A stretch of 62,610 nucleotides of DNA, counting the filler, from Hausera hauseri (lineage: Eukaryota): the NCBI GenBank assembly GCA_046269625.1. It is 10 parts of 10 records of this genome, joined end to end, with 100 filler letters (N's around TTAATTAATTAA, not from the genome) between each part and the next. Parts side by side here need not be neighbours in the genome. Positions count along the whole stretch, not along the records: positions 31,267 to 39,808 come from JBJURY010608776.1; positions 39,909 to 44,130 come from JBJURY010692438.1; positions 44,231 to 51,592 come from JBJURY010019121.1; 7 more parts are not named here. One strand, 5' to 3'. The notes under the pieces are model-generated. The model did not search any database, was not told where the DNA came from, and saw nothing but the letters and a program-made list of their open reading frames with translations. The position numbers and the translations under genes are program-made. This document shows positions 34,201 through 47,789 of this stretch, piece after piece. Numbering within the stretch: position 1 is the first letter of the stretch; the number at the start of each line of letters is the position of its first letter.

Positions 34201-37200
34201 TCTTTCTCTCCCTCTCGCTCTTCCTCTCTCTATCTCTATATATCTCTTTCCCTCTCTTTCTTTCCCTCTCTCTCTCTTTCTTTCTCTCTGCAGCTCTCTG
34301 TCTTTATCTCCCTCTCTCTCCATCTCTCCCTTTCTCTCTCACTCTATCTCTCTATCCCTTTCTCTCTCGATCTCTCTCCCTCTCCCAGTCCATTTCTCTC
34401 TCGCCCTCTCTCACTCTTCTTATCCCTCTCTACTTTCCTCTTTCTCTCCGACTCACTCTTTGCTCTCTCTCTCTCTCTCCCGCTTTCTTTCCCCCTCTCT
34501 CTCTCCCTCTACCTCAATAACTTTCTCTCCCTTTCTCTCTACCTCTCTTTCTCTCCCGCTCTCTCTCCCGCTCTCTTCCTGTCTCTCTCCCTTTATCTCT
34601 CGCACGCTCTCTCTCTCTCTCTCTGACACACTTTCTCTCCCTCCCTGTATCCCACTCTCTCTACCTCTCTCTCCCTCTCTTTCTCCTCTGTCTCTCAGTC
34701 TCCCACTCTCTCTCACTTTCTCTCCCTCTCTCTGTCCCTCTCCCTCCCTCTGTCCATCTCTATCTGTTCCTCTCTCTCTCTTTCTTTCTTCCTCTCTCTC
34801 TCCCACTCTTCCTCCCACTCTCTCTCTCCCTTTTTCTCTCCCTCTCTCTCTTCCTCTCTTTCCGTCACTTTCCCTCTCTCTTTCTCTATCCCTTTCTCTC
34901 TCTCTCACTCCCTCTGCCTTTCTCGCTCTATCTCTCTCGCCCTCTTTCCCTGTCTCTCTCTCCCTCTCTCTCGCCCTCTCATTCACTCTCCATCTCTCTC
35001 CCTCTCTCACTCTCTTTTCCTCTCACTCTCTGTTTCTCGCTCTCTCTCTCCCTCTCTCCCTCTCTCCCTCTCTTTCTCCCTGTCTCTCTCTATCCCACTC
35101 TCTTTTTCTCTTTCTCCCTCTATCTCTATCACTCTCTCTCTCCCTATCTCACTCTATCTCTCTCCTCCCTTTCCCCTTCTCTCCCTCTTCCTCTCTCTCT
35201 CTACCTCGCTCTCTGACCCTCTCTTTCGCTCCCTCCCTATCCTTCCCTCTTTCTCGCTGCAGCTCTCAGTCCCTATCCCTCCCTCTCTCTCCCTCTCTCC
35301 CCCTCTCTTTCTTTCTCGCTCTCTTTCTTTTGCGCTCTATCTTTCTCTCAGTCTCCCTCTCTTTCTCTCACTCTCTTTCTCCCTCTCGCTCTCACTCTCT
35401 CTCTTCCCCTCTCGCCCTTTCCCTCTGTCCCTTTCTCTCTGTCCCCCTCTGTCTGCCTCCCGCTCTCTCCCTCTCTCTCCCTTTCTCTCTCCCTCTCTCT
35501 CGCCCCTTCTCTCGCGCTGTCTTTATCTCGCTCTCTCTCCCCTCTCTCTTTCTCTACCTGTGCCTCCCTCCCTCTCTCTCTGCCCTTCTGTCTTGCTCCC
35601 TCTCTCCATCTATCTCTCTCCTTCTCTCTCCCTTTCTCTCTCTCACTCTCTCTCTCCCTCTCTTTTTCTCCCTCTCTCTTTCTATACCGCTCTCTTTTTC
35701 TCTTTCTCCCTCTATCCCTCTCATTCTCTCTCGCCCTCTCTATCACTGTCCCTCTCTCTACCTCTCACCCTTTCTGGCGCTCTATTTCTGTCTCTCTCCC
35801 TCTCTCTCTAGCCCTGTCTTGAACACTCCCTCTCTATCTCACTCTCTCTCTGCCTTTCTCTCTCTCCGACTGACTCTCTGCCTCCCTCTCTCCTGCTCTC
35901 TCCCTCACTTTCTCTCTCCCTCTTTCTCTTCTTCATTTTCCCTATCCCTCTCCCTCCCTCACTCTCTCTCCTTAATTCTCTCACCCTCACTCTCTCTCCC
36001 GCTCTCTTTCTGTCTCTTACCTGCCATTTCTCTCACGCTCTCTCTCTCCTTCTCTCATTCCCTCTCTCCCTTTATCTCTCTCTCCCTTTCTCTCTCTCCC
36101 TCTATCCCTCCCTCTAACTCTCTCTTTCTCGCTTTCTCTCTATCTCGCTCTTTCCCTTTCTCTCCCCCTCTCTCTCCCTCCCTCTCTATCTCCCTCTCTC
36201 TCTCCCACTCTCTCATTCGCCTTCTCTCTGACACACTCTCTCCCTCTTTCTCCCTCTCCCTCACTCACTCTCTTTTCCTCTCTCCCTTCCTCTCTCTCTA
36301 TATATATCTCTCTCTCCCTCTCTTTCTTTCCCTCTCTCCCTCTTTTCCTTTCTCTCTGCAGCTCTCTGTCTTTACCTCTACNNNNNNNNNNNNNNNNNNN
36401 NNNNNNNNNNNNNNNNNNNNNNNNNNNNNNNNNNNNNNNNNNNNNNNNNNNNNNNNNNNNNNNNNNNNNNNNNNNNNNNNNNNNNNNNNNNNNNNNNNNN
36501 NNNNNNNNNNNNNNNNNNNNNNNNNNNNNNNNNNNNNNNNNNNNNNNNNNNNNNNNNNNNNNNCCCTCTATCTTCCTCTATCACCCTCTCTTTCTCTCTG
36601 TCACTCTCTTTCTCTTTCTCTCTCTCCGTATTTCTCTCTCCATTTCTCTCTCTCTTTCCTTTGTCTCCCTATCTCTCGCTCCCGCTCTCTATATGCCGCT
36701 CTCTCTGTCTCCATCTCTGTCACTCTTTCTCACTTTCCCTCCCTCTCTTCATCTTATTCTCTCTCTCACTCTCTCTCTGTCGCTCTTGATCTCTCTNNNN
36801 NNNNNNNNNNNNNNNNNNNNNNNNNNNNNNNNNNNNNNNNNNNNNNNNNNNNNNNNNNNNNNNNNNNNNNNNNNNNNNNNNNNNNNNNNNNNNNNNNNNN
36901 NNNNNNNNNNNNNNNNNNNNNNNNNNNNNNNNNNNCCTCTCTCTCTACCTCACTCTCTCTCCCTCTTTTTCTCCGCTACCTATCAGTCTACCACTCTCTC
37001 TCACTTTTTCTCACTCTCTCCGTCCCTCTTTCTGACTCCCTCTCTCTCGCGTTCTGTCTCCCTCTCTCCCTCCCTCTCTCCCTCTCTCTTTTTCTCTACA
37101 TCTCGCTATCTCTCTCACTCTCTCCCTCTCACTCTCCCTCTGTCTCTCTACCTCTCTCTATCTCTCTCACTCTTTCCTTCTCTCTCTCCCTCTCTCTCAC

Positions 37201-39808
37201 TCCCTCCTTTTCTCTATTCCTCTCTCTCCCTCTTTCCCTCTCTCTCCTTCTCTTTCTCTCTCTCCCTCTATCTTTCTCCCTTTCTCTACATCCCTCTCTC
37301 TGTCCCTCTCTTACTCTATCCCGCTGTTTTCGTTTCTTTCTCCTTCTATCTCTCTCACTTTCTCTCTTCCTCTCTCTGTTTCTCTCCACATCTCTCTCTC
37401 TNNNNNNNNNNNNNNNNNNNNNNNNNNNNNNNNNNNNNNNNNNNNNNNNNNNNNNNNNNNNNNNNNNNNNNNNNNNNNNNNNNNNNNNNNNNNNNNNNNN
37501 NNNNNNNNNNNNNNNNNNNNNNNNNNNNNNNNNNNNNNTCTCTCCTCCTCTCCGTCTTTCTCCCTCACTCTATTTAACTCTCTCTCGCTCTCTCTTTCTC
37601 CATCTCTCTCTCCCTCTCTCTCTTCCTCTCGCTCTCTTTCTCGCTCCCTCTCTCTCTGCATCTCTCACATACGCTCTCTCTTCCTCTCTATATCCATCTC
37701 TCTCCCACTTTCTCTATCTCCCTCTCTTTCTCTATCCCTGTCTCTGTCACCCTCACTCTCACTTTTTCTCACTTTCTCTCACTCTCTCCCTTTCTTTCTC
37801 TCTCCGCCTCCCTCTCACTCTCACTCCCTCTCCCTGTCGCTCTTGCTCTCTCTCCCTCTCTCTCTCTCTCAATCTCTCTCCCTGCCTCGATCTATATTCC
37901 TCTCTATCTCTGTCTGTCTCTCCCTCACTCTCCATCTCTCTCACCCTGTATTTCTTTCTCTCCCTCTATCTCTCTCTCCTTTCTCTCTGTTTCTGTCTCC
38001 CCCCTCTGCCGTTCTCCGACTTTCTCTCTGTCCCTCACTCTCAGTCCCTCTGCCTCTTTCTCCCTCTCTCTCTCTATCCATCTCTCTATCTCTCCTGCTC
38101 TCTTTCTGTCTCTCTCCCTCCACTTCTCTCACCCTCTTTCTCGCCCACTCTCTCATTCCCTCTTTCCGTCTATCTCTCACTCCCCTTCTCTCTCTCCCTC
38201 TCCCTCCCTCTTTCACTCTCTTTCTCGCTTTCTCTCTCTCTCGCTCTCTCGCTCTCTCCCCCTCTCTCTCCCTCTCGCTCTCTCTTGTTCTCCCTCTCTC
38301 TCTCACACTCTCTTCCTCTCTCTCTCTTCCTCTATATATATATATATATATCTCCCTCTCTTTCTTCCCCTCTCTCTTTTTTTCTTTCTCTCTGTAGCTC
38401 TCTGTCTTTATCTTTACATCTCTCTCTCTCTCCATCTCTCCCTTTCTCTCTCTCTATCTCTCTATCCCTTTCTCTCTCTTTCGCTCTCTCCCTCTCTCCT
38501 CGTCTCTCACTCTCTTTTCCTCGCTCTCTCTCGCTCTCTCTACCTCTCTCTCCCTCTCACTGTGTCCCTCTCTTTGTCGCCCTCTCTCTCTTCCTTGTTT
38601 CTCTCTCCCTCTCTCTCCGTATATCTCTTTCACTCTCTCTCTCTGCCGCTTTACCTCTCCCTCTATCTCTCCCTTCCCCTCTCTCTTTCTTTGTCTCTCT
38701 CTCCCTCTCCCTCTTTCTCTCCTCCTCTCTCTCTCCCTTTCTCTCACCCTCTTTTCCTCCCTCACTCTCTCGCCCCTCCCTTTCTCTCTCCCATCGCTTT
38801 CTCTGTCTTTCTGTCCCACACTCCCTCTCTCTCACGCTCCCTCCTTCTGTCTCCCTCTCTCTCCCTTTCTGTCTCCCTCTCTCTATCCCTCTCACTCTCT
38901 CTCCCGATCTCTTTTTCTCTACCTCCCTCTATCTCTCTCCCTCTCTCCCTCTCTCTTTCTCTCCCACTATCTCTCTATCCCTCATCCTGTCTCCAACTCT
39001 CTCACTTTTTCTCACTTTCTCTTCCTCTCTCCATTTCCCTCTCACTTTCTGTCTCCCTCTCACTGACTCTCTCTCTCCTTTTCTCTCTCGCCCTCTAAAT
39101 CTCTTTCTCCCTCTCTCTTTCTCTCTCTATCTAGGTCTCTCACTCTCTCTTCCTCTCTCTCTATCTCTCTTCCCGTCTCTCCCTATCTCTCCCTCTCCTT
39201 TTCTCCCTCTCTCACCCTCTTTCTCTCTCTTTGTCTCACTCTCCCTCTCTATCAATCTCTCTCTCAGTCTCTCTTTCTCCCTCTCTCTCCCTCTCTCTCT
39301 CTTTCTCCCTGTCCTTCTCTCTCTCCCTCCTTCTCTCTCCCTCTCTCACCCTCTCCCTCTCTCTGTGCCTCTCTCTCTCCTTATCTCTCTCCCTCCACTC
39401 TCTTTTTCTCCTTCTTTCCCTCTCGCTCTCTCCCTCTATGTCCCTGTCTATCCCTCTCTTTCTATCCTTGTCTCTCTCTCATTCTGTGTCCCTCTCTCTC
39501 CCTCTCTCTTTCTCCATTTCTATCCCTCCCTCTCTGTCCCTCTCTCTCCTACTCTCACCCTCTCCCTCCTTCTCTCTTTTCTCTCCCTCTCTCTGCTACT
39601 CTCTCTCCCTCTCTCCCTCTCTCTTCCTCCCGCTCTCCTTCTGGCTCTCTCTTTCAATCGCTCTCCCTTTCTCTCTCTCCCTCTCTCCCTCTCTCTCTGT
39701 CTCCCCCTCTCTCTCGCCCTCCTCATTCTCTCCCCCCTCTACCTCTCTCTCGCTCTCTGTCTCCCTTTCTTACTTTCCCTTTCTCTGTCTCTCTCTCTTT
39801 CTCTCGCT
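31267..39808. repeat. Degenerate (CT)n/(GA)n polypyrimidine-polypurine array, ~8.5 kb with internal gaps
   Basis: Almost entirely C/T on the + strand. All ORFs here are L/S/P or R/E/G artefacts. Confidence 0.97.
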
Positions 39809-42800
39809 NNNNNNNNNNNNNNNNNNNNNNNNNNNNNNNNNNNNNNNNNNNNTTAATTAATTAANNNNNNNNNNNNNNNNNNNNNNNNNNNNNNNNNNNN
39901 NNNNNNNNTAATTGAAATAAGTCCAAAGAGTTTTTAAAGTGTTTATTTATCCATTATTTAAACAAATTAAAATAAATAATAATTTACTTATTATTTATTT
40001 TTGCTGCTCCATTACTGTGCGACTGGACAAAATGTTTACTAGCAGACATACCAAATGATCTGAACACCGAAAATCAACCACGAATGAATAACCAAAAAAG
40101 AACACTCCTCTAACCATATTTAGTTTTAATTTAACTGAGCAATGGATGCCAAACAATAAACACAATTGCACAAGATCTTAAAAGCAACACATAAATTAAT
40201 TGCAATGACAATATTCAGTGGAAATGTCATTCGATCATGTTGTCTTCCCAGTACTGAATAGTTCGTTTATAAAAGAATATCTTTAAGTTTAGACAGTAGT
40301 TAAATTGTATCACTATTTTGGCAACCATTTATAAAATCGTCTTTATCCTGATTTTCAGGTAACACACCAATTTGTTAAATCTTTCGGAAATATTCTCTAT
40401 CTAATACATTAACTTGTTATTTTCATTTGTTTCTTTAATATTTTCCAAGTTTGTCAAAGAACATCACAACAAAACACATCAACATATGGCGGGGAAAATC
40501 ACTACACCGATCCACTGACCACCAGCGCGATCCACACTCTACACACTACAGTCCCCTCGAGTGTTCCGGTTATTTTTACCTATAACTCTCAAATCATTTT
40601 TTTGACCTTATCGTATGGAAAATGTCCAGCGCGAGGCCTGTTTGAAAAGGTGCCTTCTCTACGATTTGGGAGATTTTATGTTGTACGAGGGCGATGTGCC
40701 TCGTAACCAGTTTATTGTTGACAATAGGGTGGATTTCATAAGAACGGCGGCTGATTATGCCTTTGGGTCTGTTTTGCCTCCTTCCTATGTTCATATTTCT
40801 GATTAACCTTCTACCTCGTATACTATTGACCCTGCTGTAGTAGACATAGCTTATGAGGTACCGGCTTATGTGAATAACATTGAGGTTTTCCATCATCATC
40901 CTCATTAAATAATGTCACCATATCATATGTGTGCCAATGCTTGTGAGAATGTTGATTATACTGTCTCCCCAAAGGTGATATTTCCTCTTATGTGAGTGAA
41001 CATAATATGGATTTCAATAGCCTCTATCAGGATTTTGGCATTGACAACCATGTGACTCAATGATGTAATGTTTGTTCAATTGTACATTGTTTTGAGCATC
41101 AATATATGTATATAGTCTTTTGTCTTGTTATTTTATTATAATTATGACTGGATTATTTTTTTACATCTCTACATGTCGATGGTTTTCTTTTCGACCTGAT
41201 TAAAATTTATAATTATGATGGGTGATTATCTGCAAGGAGTGAAAATACGTTACAATATGCCCCGGAAGAACTTATATGCAGCACGTTAATTTAGTGCATT
41301 CCGATTTGGCTTCTATTATTTATCGCGTATTATGTTCCTATGATCAACTGGCTATTCAATGTCATATTGAAGAACCATTGTGTTTAGTGGGACAAATGCA
41401 TGCCATCCTTGAAGATAATCCGATATATACGTCAAGTGAAGTTCGTGAAGCTAAGCAATATGTGATGAATTGCATAGAAAAATGATTAATGCCACAGATC
41501 GGATTTTTCCTAGTTATGATTTCGGTAATGACTGTTTGCTGTGTCATAATAATCTTGATAGTAAGCGTTAAGGATTGTTGAAATTATGGCACGACGAATT
41601 ACGACGATTTAGGTCAGTGGGTTAAACCGAATTATGCTTGGCAGTGTCTCCCTAATTCTGAGTATTGGCGTAGTTGTTATAAACCGTCTGATTCTGATGG
41701 TGATGGTAACTGTGTTTTGGTTTAATAAATATTTCGTGTTATATGGTTATTTATTTATAAGACATATAAGCATAGAACATTATTTGTACAACATTTACAG
41801 TTTTTAAATAAAATGTTTTTGCGTATAAAGTTTAATATTCGTATCACTTCTGCGTCGTCGTAATTGATGGGCACTGAAAACTGTATAGGGGTATTCATGT
41901 GTATTAGTAATCTTCAGACCACGAACACATCATATAAGCTGCTGATATGTCTAAAGGGGCACTCGTTACTGGCAAAATCATAGGCTTCTTTGCTAATTTC
42001 GCATAGTGTTGGAATTTATTTTCTGCACGTGTTAACTGACTGCCTTCCATTAGCATTAGGCAGTATTGGGCGTTAAACTATTCTAATACGATTTCTTCTC
42101 CGACGTAGATGTCTTTTCAAATTAAATCTTGGCACCAGAAGTTTGATCGACTGAGAATATTGTGTATTTCCCCCACGTTTTTGTTTTCGGTCAGTCGGTT
42201 TATGAAGAATGATTTCCTGCAATTTCTTGTACTATATTTGCTATATTGTTTTGACAAATGGTACAAAATGGACTTTGTAACAATTGGAACATTTACACTT
42301 GTTTAAATACAACAAGGTACAAATTTATTTCTACATATCTTTATACTGCAATTTGATTGGCTAAAATTTACTATAAATAAAGTATTCTGTTCTACAAAAG
42401 TGACAAATTATTTCAAACGAAAAAATGGTGGTATATATCGTTACTTCTTTTTCTTGTCTTATTTCTTATTCTACAATTGCGATTACAATTATTGTACTAG
42501 CCAAATTCATTCGCCGGATAAATGCGACAAAACCATGGCCAAGTATTATGGCCTTCAGTTGGATGGATCACTGTTTTTCATCTGTCCAGAATGTGAAGTG
42601 ATTTCTGGACTACAATTCCCAAAATTCAAATATCAGCATCAGGATCACCTATCTTATTTCACAAAATCGAAAAAAATCAATTCTCAAAGGCCATATGGAT
42701 ATGATTAGAATGGTCAAACAATTCGTTGCAGACCAACAAGTGCAACTAACAACAACTACTCAACAACAACCAGTCAAACGGACAATGAAGCCTAATCGGT

Positions 42801-42819
42801 GTAAATAAGGAACGTAAAC

Positions 42820-44130
42820 TTGATGAACATTAAAAAGTTTGTACAAAAGATTAGACTCGATGTACAATCTGTTGTTGATAATAATTATTTCAAGCTTTGT
42901 TTTGATATTGCGCCCTACCAACGGATATCTACTCGACTGCCTGATGAAATACTGCCTACCTTACATCTGTACACTTCTAGATTTCCATTTTGTAAGATTC
43001 AACACGGTCTTGAGATTCTGTTTACTAATGCTGAAGGCGACTTTAAGAAGGCTTATATTTCACATAGGGCTGTTCCCTATGAGCAGTGTTATCCTGATTT
43101 CGTATCTGTTAGTTTTCAGGAGAAAATTGAGAATTTCGCAGAAATGGGCAGTGGATGGAATGTGGTTAAGATATTGAAATACTGTTTTCATATAGTCAAA
43201 ACAAGCCCGCTATCCTACTTGTCTAGTAAGTCCTATATTTCAACACCCGACGCTTTGAAAATGAATCGGCCGTTCTTAATGTACAGAATGAGGAAACTTT
43301 GTGTTTCTTGTACTCCATTCTTGCAGTAACCATGTATTCTTCTATTGACTATAATAGATTTAGGGTTGGCAATTACACTCCTTACGTAGGCGAACTGACA
43401 TATTCTTTAGATGACATGCCGATGAAAATATGCAAAATAGACAAATTTGAGAGGCAGAATCTACAGTTGCCAATTAATGTCTTTTTCTACCATGTGGAGG
43501 ATGATATTGACTTTTATGAGGACATAGTAAAAATCCATTCGTTGGTACTTTGTATCGCAGCAAAAATGCGAATGGTTCTGTAGTAAATTTGCTGATTTTG
43601 GAAAATGATAATCACTTTCACTATGTAGCTGCCCGTAATCTTAAGCGGTTATTAAATATGAACAGTAAGAAAATCCGTATTCAATGTAAACATTGGTGTG
43701 AAAAATGTTTGCATGGCTTTAGGCTCGATACAGCTTACACTAGGAATTTGCCAATGTGTATGTCTTCTGTTAAGAGCATGACTTTGTACAAAATGCCCGA
43801 AAATAAATTTTGTGAATTTAAGGACTGGGCCAAATCTATAAGTCCTCCTTTCGTTGTATATTCCGACTTTGAATCTGTTCTGTGTCCTGACGATAAAGTC
43901 AAGCATATTCATTTGCCTGCTGCAGCCCGTCTCTTGTTACTAACACCAACAGGTATTGAATATAGGCAATTTGTAGGTGAAAATTGTATTGTTGAGTTTC
44001 TGGTCTTTTTAGAGGAAATGATTAAGAAACTTGTTTTTCCATGGTATGAAAATGCAAAAAAAACGATGATCCCGTTAACACCCGTTGAATGGTTTCGGTT
44101 TAGAAACACCAAAGCATGTTATCTTTGCCA
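42820..44130 (+). pseudogene. Polinton/Maverick protein-primed DNA polymerase B, N-terminal region (frameshifted, truncated by the contig end)
   Basis: GSGW, SYISTP, CFLYSILA, IDKFERQN..PINVF, VNLLIL...HYV..NLKRLL, CEKCLHGF, PFVVYSDFES (ExoI), GENCIVEF, MIPLT...CYLC. Confidence 0.88.
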
Positions 44131-44230
44131 NNNNNNNNNNNNNNNNNNNNNNNNNNNNNNNNNNNNNNNNNNNNTTAATTAATTAANNNNNNNNNNNNNN
44201 NNNNNNNNNNNNNNNNNNNNNNNNNNNNNN

Positions 44231-47200
44231 GATAGCACCAAGCTATTACGGTACAGTAATCGAAGGCAGGCCCTTCGCAAAGATTCAATTGGAAGATTGG
44301 GAGGTTTATGCATTAATATATGCAGGATTTGAAATATTACTGATAAAATATGATTCGATACCACAATTCTTAGGAAAACAATTATATCCACCTCCTACGA
44401 CAGACCCAAGAAGCATTGGAGCTTTTGGACAATCATCGAAGAGTAAATTCCGTTGGAAACCAGAAATTCACATAATGGGACAATCTGTTCACCATGAATT
44501 CTCAGTAATGGAGCAATTAACGGATGATGTAGTGTTAGGGTGTGACATATTGAGACAACTACTTAATATGGCAATCGATTTCAATGCAGGCAAGTTGATA
44601 AAACTTGGCTCAATAAAAGGAGTTAAAACCGCTAAGGACAGAAAATTTGGAGAAGTGTGGATTCCAGTGGATGAAACCATACCACCCAGAACAGAAATCC
44701 TAATATATACTTAGATACGTCAGGATGACGATCAGCCAATATATTTTGAACCAAAGGAATCGCTCGATCCAAACCTCGTGCTCAGCAATGTTTTGACAAG
44801 AGTATCAACGGGCCGTGTGCCAATCAAGATAGCCAATAACGAACTAACCCCGATCACGCTGTACGTTAATACCACTTTGGGACACACGTGTAGAGTATCA
44901 TCAATCACTATTGAGGAGAAACCATATAAAGGTGTCGAATTTCCTCAACACGTGGAGACTAAGTTTTCACCAGAATCATATTGTCAATTTTACGAATTAC
45001 TCTGTCGCTATAGATCGATTATCGCGAAGGATGAAGAAAATATTGGCCGAGCCAAAACCTTAAGGCTTACGATTCCGCTTAAGAAAAAGCCAGGATCTAA
45101 CGACGAAATAGTCTTAGAGAATCAAAAGATACCGAAGTGGTACCATTCTCCACACTCGTTAAGGCCAGAGATAACCAGAGGTTTAACGAATGTTAAAGGC
45201 AGACATAATAAGGTCACGTTATAGATTATGGTATTTACCTATACTCATGGTTATAAAGAAAGGTATCAGTAAACACCGATTTTTCATCGGCTATCGAGCA
45301 TTAAACACACTTATGATGAAGAATTTCTTCCAGTTACCATCGGTAAAGGAAGCTTTGGATAAACTTTCTGGAGCTAAATGGTTTACCACGCTCGATTCTC
45401 AATCTGGATATTGGCAAGTAGAAATAGAGGAGGAAGATCGTTACAAAACGGCATTTAAGACACACGATGGTATATACGAATTTAATGTTATGCCATTTGG
45501 AATAACTACCGGATTAACCATCTTTACCCGTATGATGAACAAGATGCTAATAGGACTGGATCACGCGTTCGCTTACTTGAACGACGTCATGATTGCGTCG
45601 AAAACGGAAGAAGATCATTCAAAAGACATCGAAGGTACACTCATGAGATTGGAGCAAGCTGGATTAAAACTGAATCCCAAGAAATGCAAATGGGTTCAAA
45701 ATGCTGTATCGTACCTTGGACATATAGTTGAAGAAGGAGGGTCGAAGCCGGACAAATCACTATTAAGTAAGATATCAGATTGCATGGAACCTCAGAATCA
45801 GAAAGAATTAAGACATTGGTTGGGTTTATGTGGATATTATGCCACTTACGTACCGGATAACGCGAAGATAAAGGCACTTTATATCGTTTACTTAAAAAAG
45901 GGATCAAAGGGAAATGGACCGATGTCAGACAAAAAGCTTTTGATGAAATGAAGAAAATTCTAACTAGTGAACCCGTTCTAAGATATCCTGACTTCAACCT
46001 ACCGTTCATAATCAAAAAGGATGCCAGTAATGAAGGTATCGTATATGAATTAGATCCGAATCGAAAAGACGAGGAGCTAGAATACCCGATTGCATACGGA
46101 GGACGCTCCATAAAAAAGCGGAGAAGAAGAATTCTGTTACGGAGTTTGAAACATTAGCCGTAAAAGACGCACTGCGACATTTTAACGTGTACGTATATGG
46201 ACAGAGGATCGTAATCGTTACTGATCATGAGGCAGTTACGTTTCTAAAGGGTCGAGCGAATAATCCCACTTGTAGACTGAACAGATGGATTGAGGAAATC
46301 TCACGTTACAATATTGAATTTCAATACAAACCCGGAAATAAACATGTCGATGCTGATGCATTATCAAGACTTAAGACCAAAACGAGTGCCATTACGATAA
46401 TGAGGAAAACCCACCTCGAAGATTTAGTAGAAAGACAACGGACTCTTGTTCTGGATAAAGCATTACGGATCTCTATCGAACAAAAGAAGGACGGAGTCAT
46501 AAAACAAATTATTGAGTTAGTAGACACCGGTAAAGTGCCGAAAGGCCACCAGTTGAGAAAACATTTACGGAGATATGGTAATAAATATTGCTTAACAGGA
46601 GATTTGAATTGTGGAAATGTGTTATACTATGAACGAAAAGGACGGAAATTAGTTGTCATACCAAAATGGTTACGTACAGAAGTGCTAATGGCTGCACATG
46701 ATTCATACTTAGCTTCACATATGTCATAGGAAAAGACATCGGAAAGGGTATTAAATAAGTATTATTGACCGAGCATTTACATTAACGTGAGAAATTGGGT
46801 AAATGCTTGTGAAGTGCGTGCAACAAAGCAGAAAAAATAAAAAACTACGTCACTGAGCTTAAACCTATCGACGTGCCCGATCGATCAATGCAAGCAATGT
46901 CTATGGATATTGTTGGACCATTACCTACGATTCACAAGAATAACAAATATACCTTGACCTGTGTAGACCAATTGACTCATTTCGTTGAGCTTATAGCGTT
47001 ATTAGACCAAAAGGCCGAGATTTTGGCAGAAGCAGTAGTCCGGAAAATCATTTGCAGATATGGGCCACCCAAGCAAATCTTGACAGACCGAGGAAGAAAC
47101 TTTACGAGCGAATTATTCGACAAAATTACCAAAATTTTTGAGATTGAACGATTAACCACCACAGCTTACCATCCCCAATGTAATGAAATGGTTGAACGAA

Positions 47201-47750
47201 TGAATGCAACCGTTATACGAATCTTATCGATTGTAGTCGCAAAGGACCCGAAGGACAGGGATGAGTTCTTAGAAGGTATACAGTTTGCCATTAATACTAG
47301 TCCACATTCTGCGACAGTATTCACTGCATTTTTTATGATGTATGGAAGAGAATCGGTGCTTTCTACAGGTTTAGAACGGATCCCATACACAACAAGAACA
47401 GAAGATTTGAAACAAAATTTTGTCGAGGTATTGCAACTGCGATTACACAAGTGTTGGGAAATAGCCAAAGAATTATCTAAAGAATACCGGGAACAATTCA
47501 AGAAGCAGTATGATAAGAAGACTAAACCACACGATCTAGAACCCGGAAATTGGATTTATGTCCACTATTCAGTAGCAAAGAAAGGCACGTCTCTTAAGCT
47601 TACCAGGACAGGCAGAGGACCGTATGAAGTTATTAAAGCTACGTCGACCACAGTCTATATGAATAAAAAAGGCAAGGAAGAGGTCATATCAATTCAGCTA
47701 GTAGTTAAAACGGAAATAAGGCCAAACAAACACTACAATTTGCGTTCGAC
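44231..47750 (+). pseudogene. pol: Pol (PR, spacer, RT, RNase H, IN) of copy C
   Basis: EDWEVYALIYAG (dead PR site), GYWQV..MPFG..YLND, VTDH, MDIVGP/TDRG, GPY, HYNLRS. Confidence 0.93.
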
Positions 47751-47789
47751 CAAAACAAATAAAGGGACAAAAACGTCATCAATAGTAAC

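Noticed and set aside
33674-39856. 2060-aa and other long L/S/P-rich or R/E/G-rich ORFs
   Set aside because: Stop-free by composition of the (CT)n array, and they run through N gaps.
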